Source: Chiloscyllium plagiosum
Lineage: Eukaryota
Assembly (NCBI RefSeq): GCF_004010195.1
Contig: NC_057753.1
Span: 7,004,273 to 7,068,272 of the forward strand
Reading direction: 5' to 3'
DNA length: 64,000 bases
The translations under genes were made by a program, and so were the position numbers. Of the stretch, positions 25,349-38,487 are shown one piece after another; the stretch's first letter is position 1, and every line of letters starts with the position of its first letter. The notes beneath the pieces are model-generated. The model had not been told where the DNA came from. It saw only the letters and a list, made by a program, of their open reading frames with translations, and did not search any database.

Positions 25349-25848
25349 NNNNNNNNNNNNNNNNNNNNNNNNNNNNNNNNNNNNNNNNNNNNNNNNNNNN
25401 NNNNNNNNNNNNNNNNNNNNNNNNNNNNNNNNNNNNNNNNNNNNNNNNNNNNNNNNNNNNNNNNNNNNNNNNNNNNNNNNNNNNNNNNNNNNNNNNNNNN
25501 NNNNNNNNNNNNNNNNNNNNNNNNNNNNNNNNNNNNNNNNNNNNNNNNNNNNNNNNNNNNNNNNNNNNNNNNNNNNNNNNNNNNNNNNNNNNNNNNNNNN
25601 NNNNNNNNNNNNNNNNNNNNNNNNNNNNNNNNNNNNNNNNNNNNNNNNNNNNNNNNNNNNNNNNNNNNNNNNNNNNNNNNNNNNNNNNNNNNNNNNNNNN
25701 NNNNNNNNNNNNNNNNNNNNNNNNNNNNNNNNNNNNNNNNNNNNNNNNNNNNNNNNNNNNNNNNNNNNNNNNNNNNNNNNNNNNNNNNNNNNNNNNNNNN
25801 NNNNNNNNNNNNNNNNNNNNNNNNNNNNNNNNNNNNNNNNNNNNNNNN
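25349..25848. other. Assembly gap (exactly 500 N, probably a placeholder length)
   Basis: Run of N. Confidence 1.
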
Positions 25849-27440
25849 GCATTGGAAGCATACACACAATGGTTCACAAACGTAACGAAGGAAACAGGTC
25901 AGACTTACCTTGAGTTTGAAAAAATTAAATATGGTCATTTTGCTCGGTGAGTACTTGCTTTAAAAATTGATAAGACCACTTAGTCTCTCCGAAAGATTAT
26001 TCGGCTGAATGATTTTAAAATCTCACTTTTAAAGCTGGTAAGAATTCACGTGAAGCAACAGAAAGTTCAGGAAATAGGAAGGGCAGCAGAATTAGCAGCT
26101 GAATACACGTTGCTTCAGAAAACAAGATTGCAAACAAAATTTCGACCTGTGAGGGATAGAAGTTAGGAGAAGGGAGATCCTAAAATACTTAACCAAGTGT
26201 GCAGAGCACTGGTAAGATTTTTAAAAAGATGCCCAATAGGAGCGAAAGGATAGGTAAGACATCAGGTGTTTCCACTGTGGTAAAGTGGGACATGTACATT
26301 CGCAGTGCTGGACAGTCAAGAAAGCTGCTGTGAAAAAAAAATGTGGTAAGGGAAGCTAAGCCAGAGACATTCGTGAAGGTATTAAAATAACCACAAGAAG
26401 AGTTGAGGAGCTGCAGGAGAGAGTACAGCCTCGGCAGGGGCTCAGTATCGAGTTAGTACCTTATCTCAAAAAAGATTTCGCCTTTGTGGCTCATGTTTAT
26501 TCCGAAAGAACGGGGAAGAAATACAAAACAAACCTAATGTTCAGAGATGCAGGTTCTCATCAGTCATTGATCGTGGAAGATGAGCAAATACGCAGTCTTA
26601 CTGATCTGTAAGCCATGAGTGTGTAATCTGTGGGATAGATGGAGGGAAACTTAGCGTTCCCCTATGTAAGATCTGGTTGGAATATCAACTTAAGTCTGAG
26701 GAAGTTACAATGGGAATGTCAGTTTCAGGATTTCAGTTTGTTCTTGGGAATGATTTGGTAAGATCCAATGTGGGAGTGACACCCCATGTTGTGGAAAGGC
26801 CCAAGAATGTCCAAGAAACTGAGGAGTTAAAATAGAAATAACCTGGTATTTTCCCAGACTGTGCAGTAATTAGATCTGACTATCATAGGAAACACCACGA
26901 AGCGAAAAGTAGAGAAAGATGAAGGAGTTGAAGTTAAGTTAGCAGACACCCTGATTGACGTAATTGTGCAGGAAAAACCTGAACAGGCCGAGGATCAGAC
27001 GGGAGTGTTTCGTCCTGGAAAGCTAAGAGACGTGCAATAGCAAGACAACATGATGACAAGTTTTATATGTGTAGGCGTACTACAAAAAGAGGCAAAACAT
27101 TTTCTGGGAGGTTGTAATCTAGAATACAGAATTCCAAGACAGAAAATGAGACCACGGCGAGTTAGTGCAGAAGGGGAATGGGCCGAAGTGCACCAGAGCA
27201 CTGGGAGCAGACAAACTGAAGGTGTTACATAAAGCACACGAACTCGGGGTAGGAAATGCTCAGCTCGGGGTAGGAAATGCTCAGGCGACGGTACAATATT
27301 TTTTCATTGCCCTGAACTGCACAAGGATGTGGTAACCGTTTGCTGAACGTGTCATACATACCAAATGGTAAGGCACAGACGAGAAACAAACCAGCACCTT
27401 TGTTGTCAATTCATTAATTTGAATAATTTTTCACGCGTGT
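25849..27440 (+). mobile_element. Gmr1-like Ty3/Gypsy LTR-retrotransposon relic (gag with CCHC knuckle, protease, integrase N-terminus)
   Basis: AAELAAEY, the zinc knuckle CFHCGKVGHVHSQC at 26267-26308, protease RDAGSHQSLI, QFVLGNDL, then integrase zinc-finger remnants. Paralogous to 58583-60180. Confidence 0.8.
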
Positions 27441-27571
27441 TACCACTCTTCCCCCCACAGATTCGAAACATTCTGCTGAGTCCCAACAGAGATTTCTCTT
27501 TTTGATTCAATATTATTTACAACCCGTTCCTTTGCATGACCCTAGTTTTATCTCTTTCCCTATCTATGGAG

Positions 27572-27678
27572 GAGAAAGTGAGGGCTGCGGATGCTGGAGA
27601 TCAGAGCTGAAAATGTGTTGCTGGAAAAGCGCAGCAGGTCAGGCAGCATCCAAGGAACAGGACATTCGACGTTTTGGG
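27572..27678. mobile_element. Short Penelope-derived insertion with a 14-bp TSD
   Basis: gagaaagtgagggctgcggatgctggagatcagagc...cgacgttttggg, flanked by CCCTATCTATGGAG at 27558-27571 and 27679-27692. Confidence 0.75.
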
Positions 27679-29730
27679 CCCTATCTATGGAGCCCAATCT
27701 TCGGCCATCATAGCTGTTCTTCTCAACTGGATCAGGAAACTAAGGTTTTCTTAGTCAAATCTGCTGTTTGCTACATTTTAACAGATGTTTCTACGAAAAC
27801 ATCAACGTTTCAAAACATTGATTTAATATTTTGAAATATTTTGTGGATTTTGTGCGTGGAAGGGCCAAAACCGATGCAACGGAGAACGTCTATATTTTTA
27901 GGTTTGTGCGAATATTTTTCTGTAAATAATCAAAAGCAGAAAGCGACAGCAAAGAAAGCACAGCATCTGTTCAGACAGAAACAGAACTCAAGGTCATTAA
28001 ATTTGTAATGCCAACATTCCATCTTTCTCTCTCCACGACCTCGCCACACCTAATGAGTTTCTCCAGCTTATCTTTTATTTTAGTTGTTCTAGATCTCCAG
28101 CATTCATAGTTTTGATTTATTTTATGTCAGTGTCTCAGGACTTATATTCAGTCCCGAGACAGACTTCAAGAGAAAGACAGCAATTAATCTGCGAATATCT
28201 AATGCAGACATAGATTTATCTCAGATAATTTCTGTCATTCTTTCCATCTTCATAATAGCTCGTCAGTTAACTGTAGAACCAACACCGATAATCTCTAAGA
28301 AACTGTGTTAAATCTTGTAGGCCCGACTTAGACTTCGTATTAAGCTTCGATTTAGACGTTTCCGAATTAGATTGGAAACTTGTTAGTAATTGAGCGAAAT
28401 TACCGTCACTGGCCAGGCCGTTCGATCTAGGATACTGATCGTATGTGGGAGGGCTTGCACAACGTGAGAGTAGCATAAAGCAGGTTACTTCCACTGAGTT
28501 CTATGGGACGTGGAATGTCATGAGATTTATGGAAAATTGTCTGTGATGTTTCGTGAGGTGCACCTCAACAAATGGATTATCTCACTGCAGAGATATTCTC
28601 GTTGATATGGACGAGGCTGGGCATCCCCAAAATATTTTGAAAAGGCAGCCTGACCCGAACTGTTCCTCATTTTAAACGCTGATGTGTTTTAGATATTCCA
28701 GGTGTGAGGCAGCTGGCCAAACCACTCGGCTTTAAGCAAAACATAACGTATTTAAATACTACAATTGAAACAAAAACGAAATAATACATAATTTAGAATA
28801 ACGAGCTCAACGATATGAAAAAACAAGTAATTCAATATAACAACTTAAATATGGAGTGGTTAGAATTCCCACAACGCCCATAAACACACCCCTTGGCAAA
28901 ACGGAAATTCAAATTTAGGTTCTTACAGGAAGGAGAGATGTCAGAGAGAAACGTCAATCCGTGATCTTCTGCTGAAGCATGGAATCCTTTGCACATTTTC
29001 AGCTTCTGCGCCTGCTAACAACAGCTTTTATGATAAAACTAAGCCAAACCGGACAAACTCCGAACAGGGAGAACCAATTACTTCAATGAGGTTGCTCAAC
29101 CGGGCTCTTCCCTAAACGTATACACACATCTGCCATTCCGAAATCCCTAGAAAAAGAAACCCAAGGGTAAAATACCCTTACTAATGTGACAGCATTGTCC
29201 TTCCGTTTAGCAATTATGTTAGGCAGTAATGAGTGCAAACTTACATGGAATTAAAGTTGTAAAATGGTGCATTAGCAACGCAACTTAGCTAATACATATT
29301 CAGCATCCTAACTTACCTAATATGTTGAGCCAGATAACTGAGAAGAACTGTCAATAATGCAACATAGAGAAGGTACATGGTGACCTCAGCTCGCTCCTTG
29401 CCCTGAAAATCCACTCAGATGAACACTAGTTCCCAAGATCTCATGACACAGTCCATGCACGCCTTTTCCAGAAAGCTGCATGTCCCCACATCTAAACGCA
29501 CTTTAAGTGGCAGAAATCTGTGAGATCAAACTCAAAGCTCAGCGAAAGCTTAAAAAAAACTTGAACTGTCAAACGTTCAGTCTTTATTTAAGAAGACCCA
29601 CATGCAGTGTTTATGGCTAAAACAAATAAGAGAGGTAAAAACCAAAGGATCCCGGCACTCTCCAAGTCGATTGCACCTTCACAAAGAAAAAGAGTAATAT
29701 CATAAATTTTAAAATATGCTGAGAAATTGG

Positions 29731-31092
29731 AGATTACATGAAATGTACGTCATCTGTCATGCTGAACATTTGCCTTACTAGTTTTAGCAAACATTAATCG
29801 TTTGCATCATTCCATGACTCTATTTCTGTTGCATGGACATTTTGTTTCGATAAACTCTGCAGTTCAAATTATACAAGGAGCCATTAAGAAGATTACTGAC
29901 GTTTTATCAAGCTTGTACAATTTGTTTACATTCAGACTCTTCGTGAAAGCTCTTTCTGATCTTTTGCCACAGGCCTGTTTTAGTTGCTGATCCTTAATTC
30001 GAGAATTTGTCGTTTTTCCCATCATGCAATGTTAAACGTTCCCCACAATGCCACACCTAGGCCTGAGCATTTATAATATGGCAAACTGCAAGCACAGACC
30101 GGGCACACTTCTGATCTACTTACAACACACTTGTGCAATTCTAGGTTCCACGTGAAATGCTCCAGCAAGGAACACATTGTGCGCTGGAAGAAATGCATTT
30201 AGCTCATGAATTGGACTAAGATTACATCCCTGAGCCCTTTGTTTATTTTCAAACACAATGCTAGTCCACCGTTGCCTGGGCTGTTTGCCTCCTCAAACAA
30301 AGACATTTGTCTCCTAAGACTTCAGTCTTGCCTTGCTGGTTCGCAAGAACCCAGAGCAGGATTGTTGTCAAGTTTTCACGGAGCTTCATTCTAGTCAAGA
30401 GAGAGATCCTTAGATTACATGAAATGTACGTCATCTGTCATGCTGAACATTTGCCTTACTAGTTTTAGCAAACATTAATCGTTTGCATCATTCCATGACT
30501 CTATTTCTGTTGCATGGACATTTTGTTTCGATAAACTCTGCAGTTCAAATTATACAAGGAGCCATTAAGAAGATTACTGACGTTTTATCAAGCTTGTACA
30601 ATTTGTTTACATTCAGACTCGTCGTGAAAGCTCTTTCTGATCTTTTGCCACAGACCTGTTTTAGTTGCTGATCCTTAATTCGAGAATTTGTCGTTTTTCC
30701 CATCATGCAATGTTAAACGTTCCCCACAATGCCACACCTAGGCCTGAGCATTTATAATATGGCAAACTGCAAGTTCAGACCGGGCACACTTGTGATCTAC
30801 TTACAACACACTTGTGCAATTCTAGGTTCCACGTGAAATGCTCCAGCAAGGAACGCATTGTGCGCTGGAAGAAATGCATTTAGCTCATGACTTGGACTAA
30901 GATTACATCCCTGAGCCCTTTGTTTATGTTCAAACACAATGCTAGTCCACCGTTGCCTGGGCTGTTTGCCTCCTCAAACAAAAACATTTGTCTCCTAAGA
31001 CTTCAGTCTTGCCTTGCTGCTTCGCAAGAACCCAGAGCAGGATTGTTGTCAAGTTTTCACGGAGCTTCATTCTAGTCAAGAGAGAGATCCTT
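29731..31092 (+). repeat. 681-bp near-perfect tandem duplication (29731-30411 and 30412-31092)
   Basis: Junction gagagatcctt|agattacatg. The ORF pairs 29802/30483 and 30206/30887 are each offset by exactly 681. Confidence 0.97.
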
Positions 31093-31621
31093 TGTACAGG
31101 GCCCCACAGCACAGTAACTTTGCAACAGACTCTTGTAATAGTCAAGAGTATTGGGAACCGTCAGTCAGTCAGACACTCAAGATGTTCCATGTCAGGATGT
31201 ACACCAATCGAATAAGCTTGGAACCAACTGTTGTATGTCCAATGATGTGAGAGGGAAGGTCAACATTTAGTGCCAATGTCTACTTATGCTTGAACCGAGG
31301 GGCTAAGTCACCTATCGCAGAAGGCAGTCATGCCTCGACAAACACTAAAAACTATCTCTTGAATGTATTCAGTGACGTGACCGCCATTGCCTGCTGTGGG
31401 AGAGAACTCCACATGTTCACTGTTCTATAACAGAAGAAATGTTCCCTCATCTCATTCGTACCCAATATCCTGAGACATCGACACCTGGTGAAAGAGTCAC
31501 GAACCAGGGGAAGGATGCTCTTGTATCGGTTAGTCCAGCAACGTGAAAAATGTATACCTTGCAGTCAGATCATCTCTCATCATTCTAAGCTGTATTGAAT
31601 AAACGAGCACCCAACTCCATT

Positions 31622-31893
31622 AGAGGGCAGCACGGTGGCACAGTGCCCAAGACCCGCGTTCAATTCCTGCCTCAGGCGACTCTCTGTGTGGAGTTTGCAC
31701 ATTCTCCCCAAGACTGCGTGAGTTTCCTCCCACAATCCAAAAATGTGCAGGTTAGGTGAATTGGCCATGCTCAATTGCCTGTAGTGTCAGGTGAAGGGGT
31801 AAATGTAGGAGAATGGGTCTTTGTGTGTGCGCTTGGCGGGTCGGTGTGGACTTGTTGGGCCGAAGGGCCTGTTTCTACACTGTAAGTAATCTA
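31622..31893 (+). mobile_element. HE1/V-SINE-like SINE specific to unit 2
   Basis: gggcagcacggtggcacagtg head, gtggagtttgcacattctcccc core and taatctaatct tail. Empty site in units 1 and 3. Confidence 0.85.
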
Positions 31894-33728
31894 ATCTCTC
31901 CTCGAGGACAGTTCTGCTGTCTCTCGTGACAGTTTTGTGACTTCCACTCTGGCAAATGTATTCTATCTCAGCGAGTGAGAACAAAACCACTCGTGGTAGT
32001 CTAAGCGTGGTATCACAGCGCACGTGTAAAACTGTAGTTTCGTTTACAGATTACAGCCAGACCTAAAACAAACAACGCCCCGTTGAAACTTTCCCTTTAA
32101 TGGTTTACGGCAACAGAATTGGAGATATAACCAGATGAACTCCTGAGACTTGACGTTTTGTTTAACAGAAATGGGATAGAATGCAAACATTCCATTCTTG
32201 AGCTGTATATCAAGCACAGCCCCTTTAAAGTCATTTAATTACTGAATATATCTTGACTGATTTATCTCTTAATAAAAAGCGTGATAGAGTCATTTAGCAT
32301 AGAAACAGATATTAGGATCCAACAAGATCAGTCGACAATATTCCAAACTAAATATCACTTGCTGCACAAATGCTGTCTGAACTGTTTTGTGCTTTCAGCA
32401 TTTGCTACTTTCTGATGCAAGGGAATACTTGCCTCAACACTCGAATACTTTACTTCACTCAACAATTAATGGTTCCAAACCACTGGAAATGAAACTGTTG
32501 ATCGTACTATCCTGTTCTCCAATGAGAGAGAGAGGTGACTATTGATGGATTTACCCTGAGATTCAGAACAACTCAGACGTGGAGTGAGGTTAGAAAGAAA
32601 AGGTTTTCATGCTCACGTCAGCTGATGTGCTAATCTACTCTATTGTTGTCAATGTGCATTGCAAGCAACACAACTAACCAACTGAGTTAATTGACGCTAT
32701 CCCAAAAGACAGTTTGATAATTCATGTGTAAACAGGAGAATGTATTAAATGGCAAAAACCTACATTAAAACAAAAAAAAGGCATTTTATATCTGTTAATT
32801 TAGGCAAACATAATGTCGTTCAACAAAATTTCTTGAAAGGGGATTCTGGCCGGCAGGAACATATTATGAGCAGAAAATTACTTTTTCAGGAACAAATGCC
32901 ACAAATTTTGCTTCTGCCTCGCTACCCCACTTGTAGATATCCTTTCTGTAGAATCACTGTAATCTGGACCAACCAGCAGAAAATATTCAGTTTGTGCTTG
33001 CATTTGTTGGTTTAAAGTGATCACAAGATCACAATGTTTCGCAAAATATCGTCCTCTTTGTCCAAAACAATTCCAGATGAAAATGATTATCAATTCACAA
33101 GATATGCTCCAACGAGGTGGATTCCCGAAGGAAACAGACAAAAGCAAGTACTTTCCAGGTGACTCAGCCACACAAGGTTCGCTTCAAATTAAGTTCGTTG
33201 AGGGGTTTCTATCTTGAATCATTTCTCAATCAGTTTTGTTCTTGAGCGAGAATTATTCCCTGGCCCATTATTGATAACTCTTTACTTACTCATCAGAGAA
33301 CACCTTTGACTCCAGAAGCTGTTCCACGTACTTCATATTCCTCTTTTGTCCAGTAGGTTGCAGAGGGCACAGTGCGCAGGATAATGTGGTACAATATCCC
33401 TGAGATGTTCCGCCTTGTCTCCCAAGCCATGCAATTTCATTATCCAGGACATCCCTCCGTCTGCTCAACAAAGTCTTGACCAGGTTTGTGCACATTTTCC
33501 GAAGTTCTTATCAGTCGGAGTATTCCTAACCAAAATGAATCAGATTCTTTCCTATAATTTTCATCCTTCAACAGGATTTGAAGCTGGAATCCCCAAATAG
33601 CATCGCAACAACGTACTGTCTGAAGGTCCAGAAGAAAATTAAACTCACCAGATTCCTTGAAAATGCAGTCGAGTGTTTGAAAAATGTTTTTCAGCATTAG
33701 GCAGCTTTTCGTTGGAAATACCTAATGA

Positions 33729-34138
33729 AATCTGACAATTTCTGTGTTCATTAAGATTCTTTTGCAATTGGATAAGCTGATAGAAAACGGAATACGGAAA
33801 GATTGAACTGATAATCAAAGAAGGAAAACAAAACTTGCATAAGATTATCTAAACAGCATTTCGTTTCTAAATCTCTCGATGAAATAACTGGAGGAATTCT
33901 GCATTCTCTTCATGATTCTGTATCTGATTGCAATCTGACAATTTCTGTGTTCGTTAAGATTCTTTTGCAATTGGATAAGCTGTTAGAAAACGGAATACGG
34001 AACGATTGAACTGATAATCAAAGAAGGAAAACAAAACTTGCAAAAGATTATCTGAACAGCATTTCGTTTCTAAATCTCTCGATGAAATAACTGGAGGAAT
34101 TCTGCATTCTCTTCATGATTCTTTATCTGATTGCAATC
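33729..34138 (+). repeat. 203-bp tandem duplication
   Basis: Copies start at 33729 and 33932, with AATC microhomology at 33729, 33932 and 34135. Confidence 0.95.
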
Positions 34139-35345
34139 ATTATATGAATGTCAGGCAACTATCATGGTTTGATACAACCCTTGTATGCTTGATATATCCA
34201 GTGCACTTTAAAATACTTCTTCACTGTTAGAAGTGTGTTTATCTTTTCTAAACCTAGTGATAGTGAGATCCCACTATCCTTCCATTGATTCTATTCCATC
34301 ACATTTCCGATAACCCTGCTGTTACTTGCTTTCTGTCCATTCTCCCCGCCCTGTAACGGATCCCTTCACCAAAGGGAACATTTTTTTTCCTGCCTTCGCT
34401 AGCAATGTTTCTCATTTTTTAAATACTTCTTTACGCTTTATACATCCACTGAATCTTTCCTGCTCCAAGGAAAGAAAATCCGTCTCCCAATTTATTCACA
34501 TAAATATAACCCTATAAACTAGGAAATATGATGGTTAAAATATTCTGAATCCTTTCAGTTGGAATTTGCTTGTTTCAAAAGCTTCCAGTACTGTAGCCGT
34601 GGTCTTATGCTGTTTTTTGTAACATTGCAGGAGACATTGTTTTCTACTCTTTCATACAGACAGTTCCCAACATCTGTAACCAAGTAAACTTTTCAAACTG
34701 CCCTGGGATCAATGGATAAGGGGGGAAGGCCAGTGCAATGAATACTGGATCAGCCGTGATCCTATTGAATGAAAGAGCAGACTCGAGGGAACGAAGAGCC
34801 GATTCCTGTTCATTTTACTTATTGTCATATGGAATAGGGTCCACTTTCGGGATTGACAGCACAAAATCGGGGGAGTAAAACAAAATTGTACGAGTAGGGG
34901 TTTGATGGAATAACAAACTTCTTTTGTTCTGTATTACTGTTATATTTATTCGAGTACGCCATGGAGTTGCAGACAGGGCTATCAGAAGTCTTGTTCATGT
35001 CATGCCAATGAGGTTTCGAACGATATTTAATGAAATGTCGCACAAAATGCTCTTGGGAGAAGTGAAGCCCTTGGAATTGAAAGGACAGTGAGATGGATCG
35101 TTTCAGATGGACCCCGTTACAGCTAACATTCAAGTTTGTCGAATGCTTATGTGAGCAACACTGAAACTATAGGGAACGAAAAAATTGGAAAACTGAAGCA
35201 TTGGATGTCAGATAACTGAAAGTCAGTAGGTCAGTAAAATAAAACATTTGATTGAACTCACAGTTTGAGCAGGGAACAGACAACTTAACAGAAAATATCT
35301 CCAAAGAAAAACGTTTGTCGAATTCATTCAAACTAACGTGAGTGA

Positions 35346-35391
35346 TGATATCACATGAATGACTCTCTGGAGACCTGAAGCATTCATAAAT
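35346..35391 (+). promoter_or_regulatory. Putative core promoter of GPCR gene 2 (TGATATCA + variant TATA CATAAAT)
   Basis: Positional homolog of the promoter motifs in units 1 and 3. Confidence 0.4.
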
Positions 35392-35457
35392 GAAAGCATC
35401 CCGGTCATGCACCAGCCACAGATATTTAGCACTGGCAGAAGTAATTGATTGTTGAAA

Positions 35458-35527
35458 ATGGTTAAACCATGGATTTTGCTCATGAAAGAAGTATGTTATC
35501 CAATTCTCGCAGTCATTTGCATTCCAG
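35458..35527 (+). CDS. GPCR gene 2, exon 1 (MVKPWILLMKEVCYPILAVICIP)
   Basis: ATG at 35458 to a CCAG|GTAAAT donor; 70 nt, phase 1. Confidence 0.9.
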
Positions 35528-36966
35528 GTAAATCATTCTAGTCTTTTCGTTTTTGTGCAAGTGTTTTTCTTTCATTGTTAATGCCCTACTGAGAAAAGAA
35601 CTAATTGCAAATGCCAATGTTTTATAACACAATGTTACCAAAAGCAAAATCAACAATTGTTTGTGGACACTTTCACCTCTTCCTACCTTCTCAAAATATT
35701 ACTGCTGTAATAATAATAACGTAATATAACTGACGTTTGCAATTTTCATTTTCCTTTATCGTTGCACTGTCAGACTACAGAGGATAGAATGCCGATGTTA
35801 CTGGCACACAAACGTCTCAGTAGGTAAATGGTTAGCACTGTTGCCTCACAGCATCAGGGAACTGAGCACGATTCCATTTTATAGACAGTCTGCATGTAGT
35901 TTGTACGTTATCCTCGTGTTTTTGTGAGCTTCAGCCACTGGACCTGGTTGCCACCCACCGTTGAAAACCGTGAATGTTAGGTGGATTGGCAATTATAAAT
36001 TGCCCATCGTGGGCAGGACGTGTAAAGTAGGTGCATCAGCCATCAGTAATCCAGGGATAGCCTGATTCGGGTCACGGGTCTGGTTGGGCTGCTCTTTGAA
36101 GCGTCAGTGTGCAGTTGTTGGACCGAATGGTCTGAACTACCCTGTAATGATGCCACGAATTAATGGCTTATGTTGAAATGTTGATAGTATGCATCTTCAC
36201 ACTCATTTCAATCATGCATTGGAACACTGATATAAAAGTGAGGGGTGGGATATAGTAGTGAGAAAGTCGCTGGACTATTAATGCAGACACCCAGATGATG
36301 GGCTGGACTGTTGTTTACGCATCCCGCCACAGTCAACGTTGGATTCTGAATTTGAGAAAATATATTGAATTAATGCAATGCTCGCACACGCACGTAAAAG
36401 TCTATTGCGTTAATTTGCATTTGCAGAATTGTATTTGGAGACACATTCTGTTCTTTTCAAAGAGCACGTAATCTGTAGGCAGCCATTTCGTTTTTGATAA
36501 TCCATGGAACTTTTTATGAATTTACACTTTGAGAATAGAACTATTCAGATACAAGGTTGGAAAGCGTAGGGAATCTAGCCTCACACCATTTATGCATTGT
36601 CTCAGCTGAGGTGTCACTTTTTTGTGAACACCCTAAGTTAACTCGGGAATGTGACTTGAAAAAAGTTCTGGCGTTGACATTTTAATGAATCGAAAACGGT
36701 AACCTTTTCTCAAAGATGAAAGACGTAACAGCAATCTGGGTTTGTTCAATATGACGCATCAGAGTATGACATTTTGATAATTCGTGATCGATTCTTTCAC
36801 CTATGATCCTACTCCACGATGTACGTGACGAAGGATCAGAGATCTGAAGGCTTGTACTTCCAAATAAATCTGTTGTAACAAAGCTGGTGAAGGGTGCTTT
36901 TTTATTTCGTTCACCCTCGTCGAAACTGACATCTGCACGTCATAATCCAATGATAACCAGGTATCC

Positions 36967-37189
36967 GAGGAGAAAGTGAGGACTGGAGATGCTGGAGATC
37001 AGAGCTGAAAATGTGTTGCTGGAAAGACGCAGCAGGTCATGCAGCATCCAAGGAGCAGGAGAATCGACGTTTCGGGCATGGGCCTTTCTTCAGGAAGGCT
37101 CATTCGTGAAGAAGGGCTCATTTCCAAAACGTCGATTCTCCTGATCCTTGGATGCTGCCTGACCTCCTGCGCTTTTCCTGCAATACATC
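36967..37189. mobile_element. Palindromic Penelope-derived element in the gene-2 intron, with hammerhead-like cores on both arms
   Basis: Long inverted arms around aggctca; candidate 11-bp TSD ACC(A/G)GGTATCC at 36956-36966 and 37190-37200. Absent from genes 1 and 3. Confidence 0.75.
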
Positions 37190-37420
37190 ACCGGGTATCC
37201 ATCTTACTCAGGTCACGAACGTTCATCATGGATGTAAACTACCATCTTTACCTCGTTAGGTTGACAAGGAATTGCATATGCATAACAATGTATTTTGTCT
37301 CTAAACTTCACTTTGGAGAATGAAACATGGACAATGTATGCCAGCCGTGCCAATGACACCACCACTCAATTTACGATTCCTTTTTTTTTTAAGTGCTGAA
37401 CCTCTATGTCTCTCTTACAG

Positions 37421-38319
37421 CGAATTCGATGACGATTTTGATTCTCGTGCGAGGCGACTGTGGTCTTTCCAAGTGTATCTCGGTTTACATGGTAGCTATG
37501 GCAACTTCCGATCTATTGGCCAGTATGATTAATATTGTCGTGTATCGCATTTTGAACTATTACTTTCCATTTTCCTTCTTGTCTCACACACCTATATGCT
37601 TATTCATTGTATACATGATTACCATCACTCTCGATCTATGTGTTTGGTTCACTGTTTCATTCACATTTGACAGATTTGTGATGATCTGCTGTCAGGAGTT
37701 TAAAAGAAAGTATTGCACAAAAAAAACCGCGATCACATTATTAATAATCGTCTCAGCCCTGATCCTATTGAAGAATATTCCGTTGTTGTTTGCATATGAG
37801 CCTGAGAAGATCGTTCAAAATATCCAGTGGGGCTGTAGAACAAGAGCAACTTTCTTAGCTTCACCTCTTGCGATGACGTTTGTCTGGTTTTACAGCGCCT
37901 CTGTTGCTTGGATCCCATTTCTGCTAATATTCGTGTTCAATTCTTTAACCGTCTACCTCATTTTCGTGGCAAATAGAAGGCGTATTGGACTCCAGGGGCA
38001 CAGAAATGAGAATCATAGCAATTCAATGGGCGAGAATCGGAGGAAATCTATCATTTTATTATTCTGTGTGTCAGTCAGTTTTCTAATGCTTTGGCTGACA
38101 TATTCCCTATGTTTGGTCATTACCAGAGTGTCACACCCTAATTATTACCGAGGTGACTTCTCAAAGCCTGAATATATCGCAACGGAAACAGGAAATATCT
38201 TGAAGCTGCTGAGTTGTTTCCTTAATCCATGTATTTATGCAGCAACACAGAACAAATTCAGGCAAGCGCTGCTGAATATGATGAGACCTGTATGGAAACA
38301 AATCCTCAGAATATGTTAA
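37421..38319 (+). CDS. GPCR gene 2, exon 2: GPR139-like class A 7TM receptor (322 aa after splicing)
   Basis: In-frame ctctcttacag| acceptor; same SDLL, DRF, WGC and NPCIY motifs; no internal stops. Confidence 0.93.
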
Positions 38320-38487
38320 TACAAAACAGCGTGTGTATTTTGACAGCATAACATCGTAGCTGAGTTTTTATTTCATTTAATTCTAAAACAATAGATTTTT
38401 CTTAGATTATGGTTATGTACATGCAACAAAAACAAGTATTTCGCTTACATTAATTAGTTTTGATGTGGGACAAATTATTCTGCATTA

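Noticed and set aside
29802..29990. Repeated 62-aa ORF MHHSMTLFLLHGHF... as a small gene family
   Set aside because: It recurs only because of the 681-bp and unit duplications, starts at TTG rather than ATG, carries an indel in unit 3, and has no recognisable domain.
31625..31680. tRNA gene (also 61200-61267)
   Set aside because: tRNA-derived SINE heads with deletions; no complete cloverleaf.
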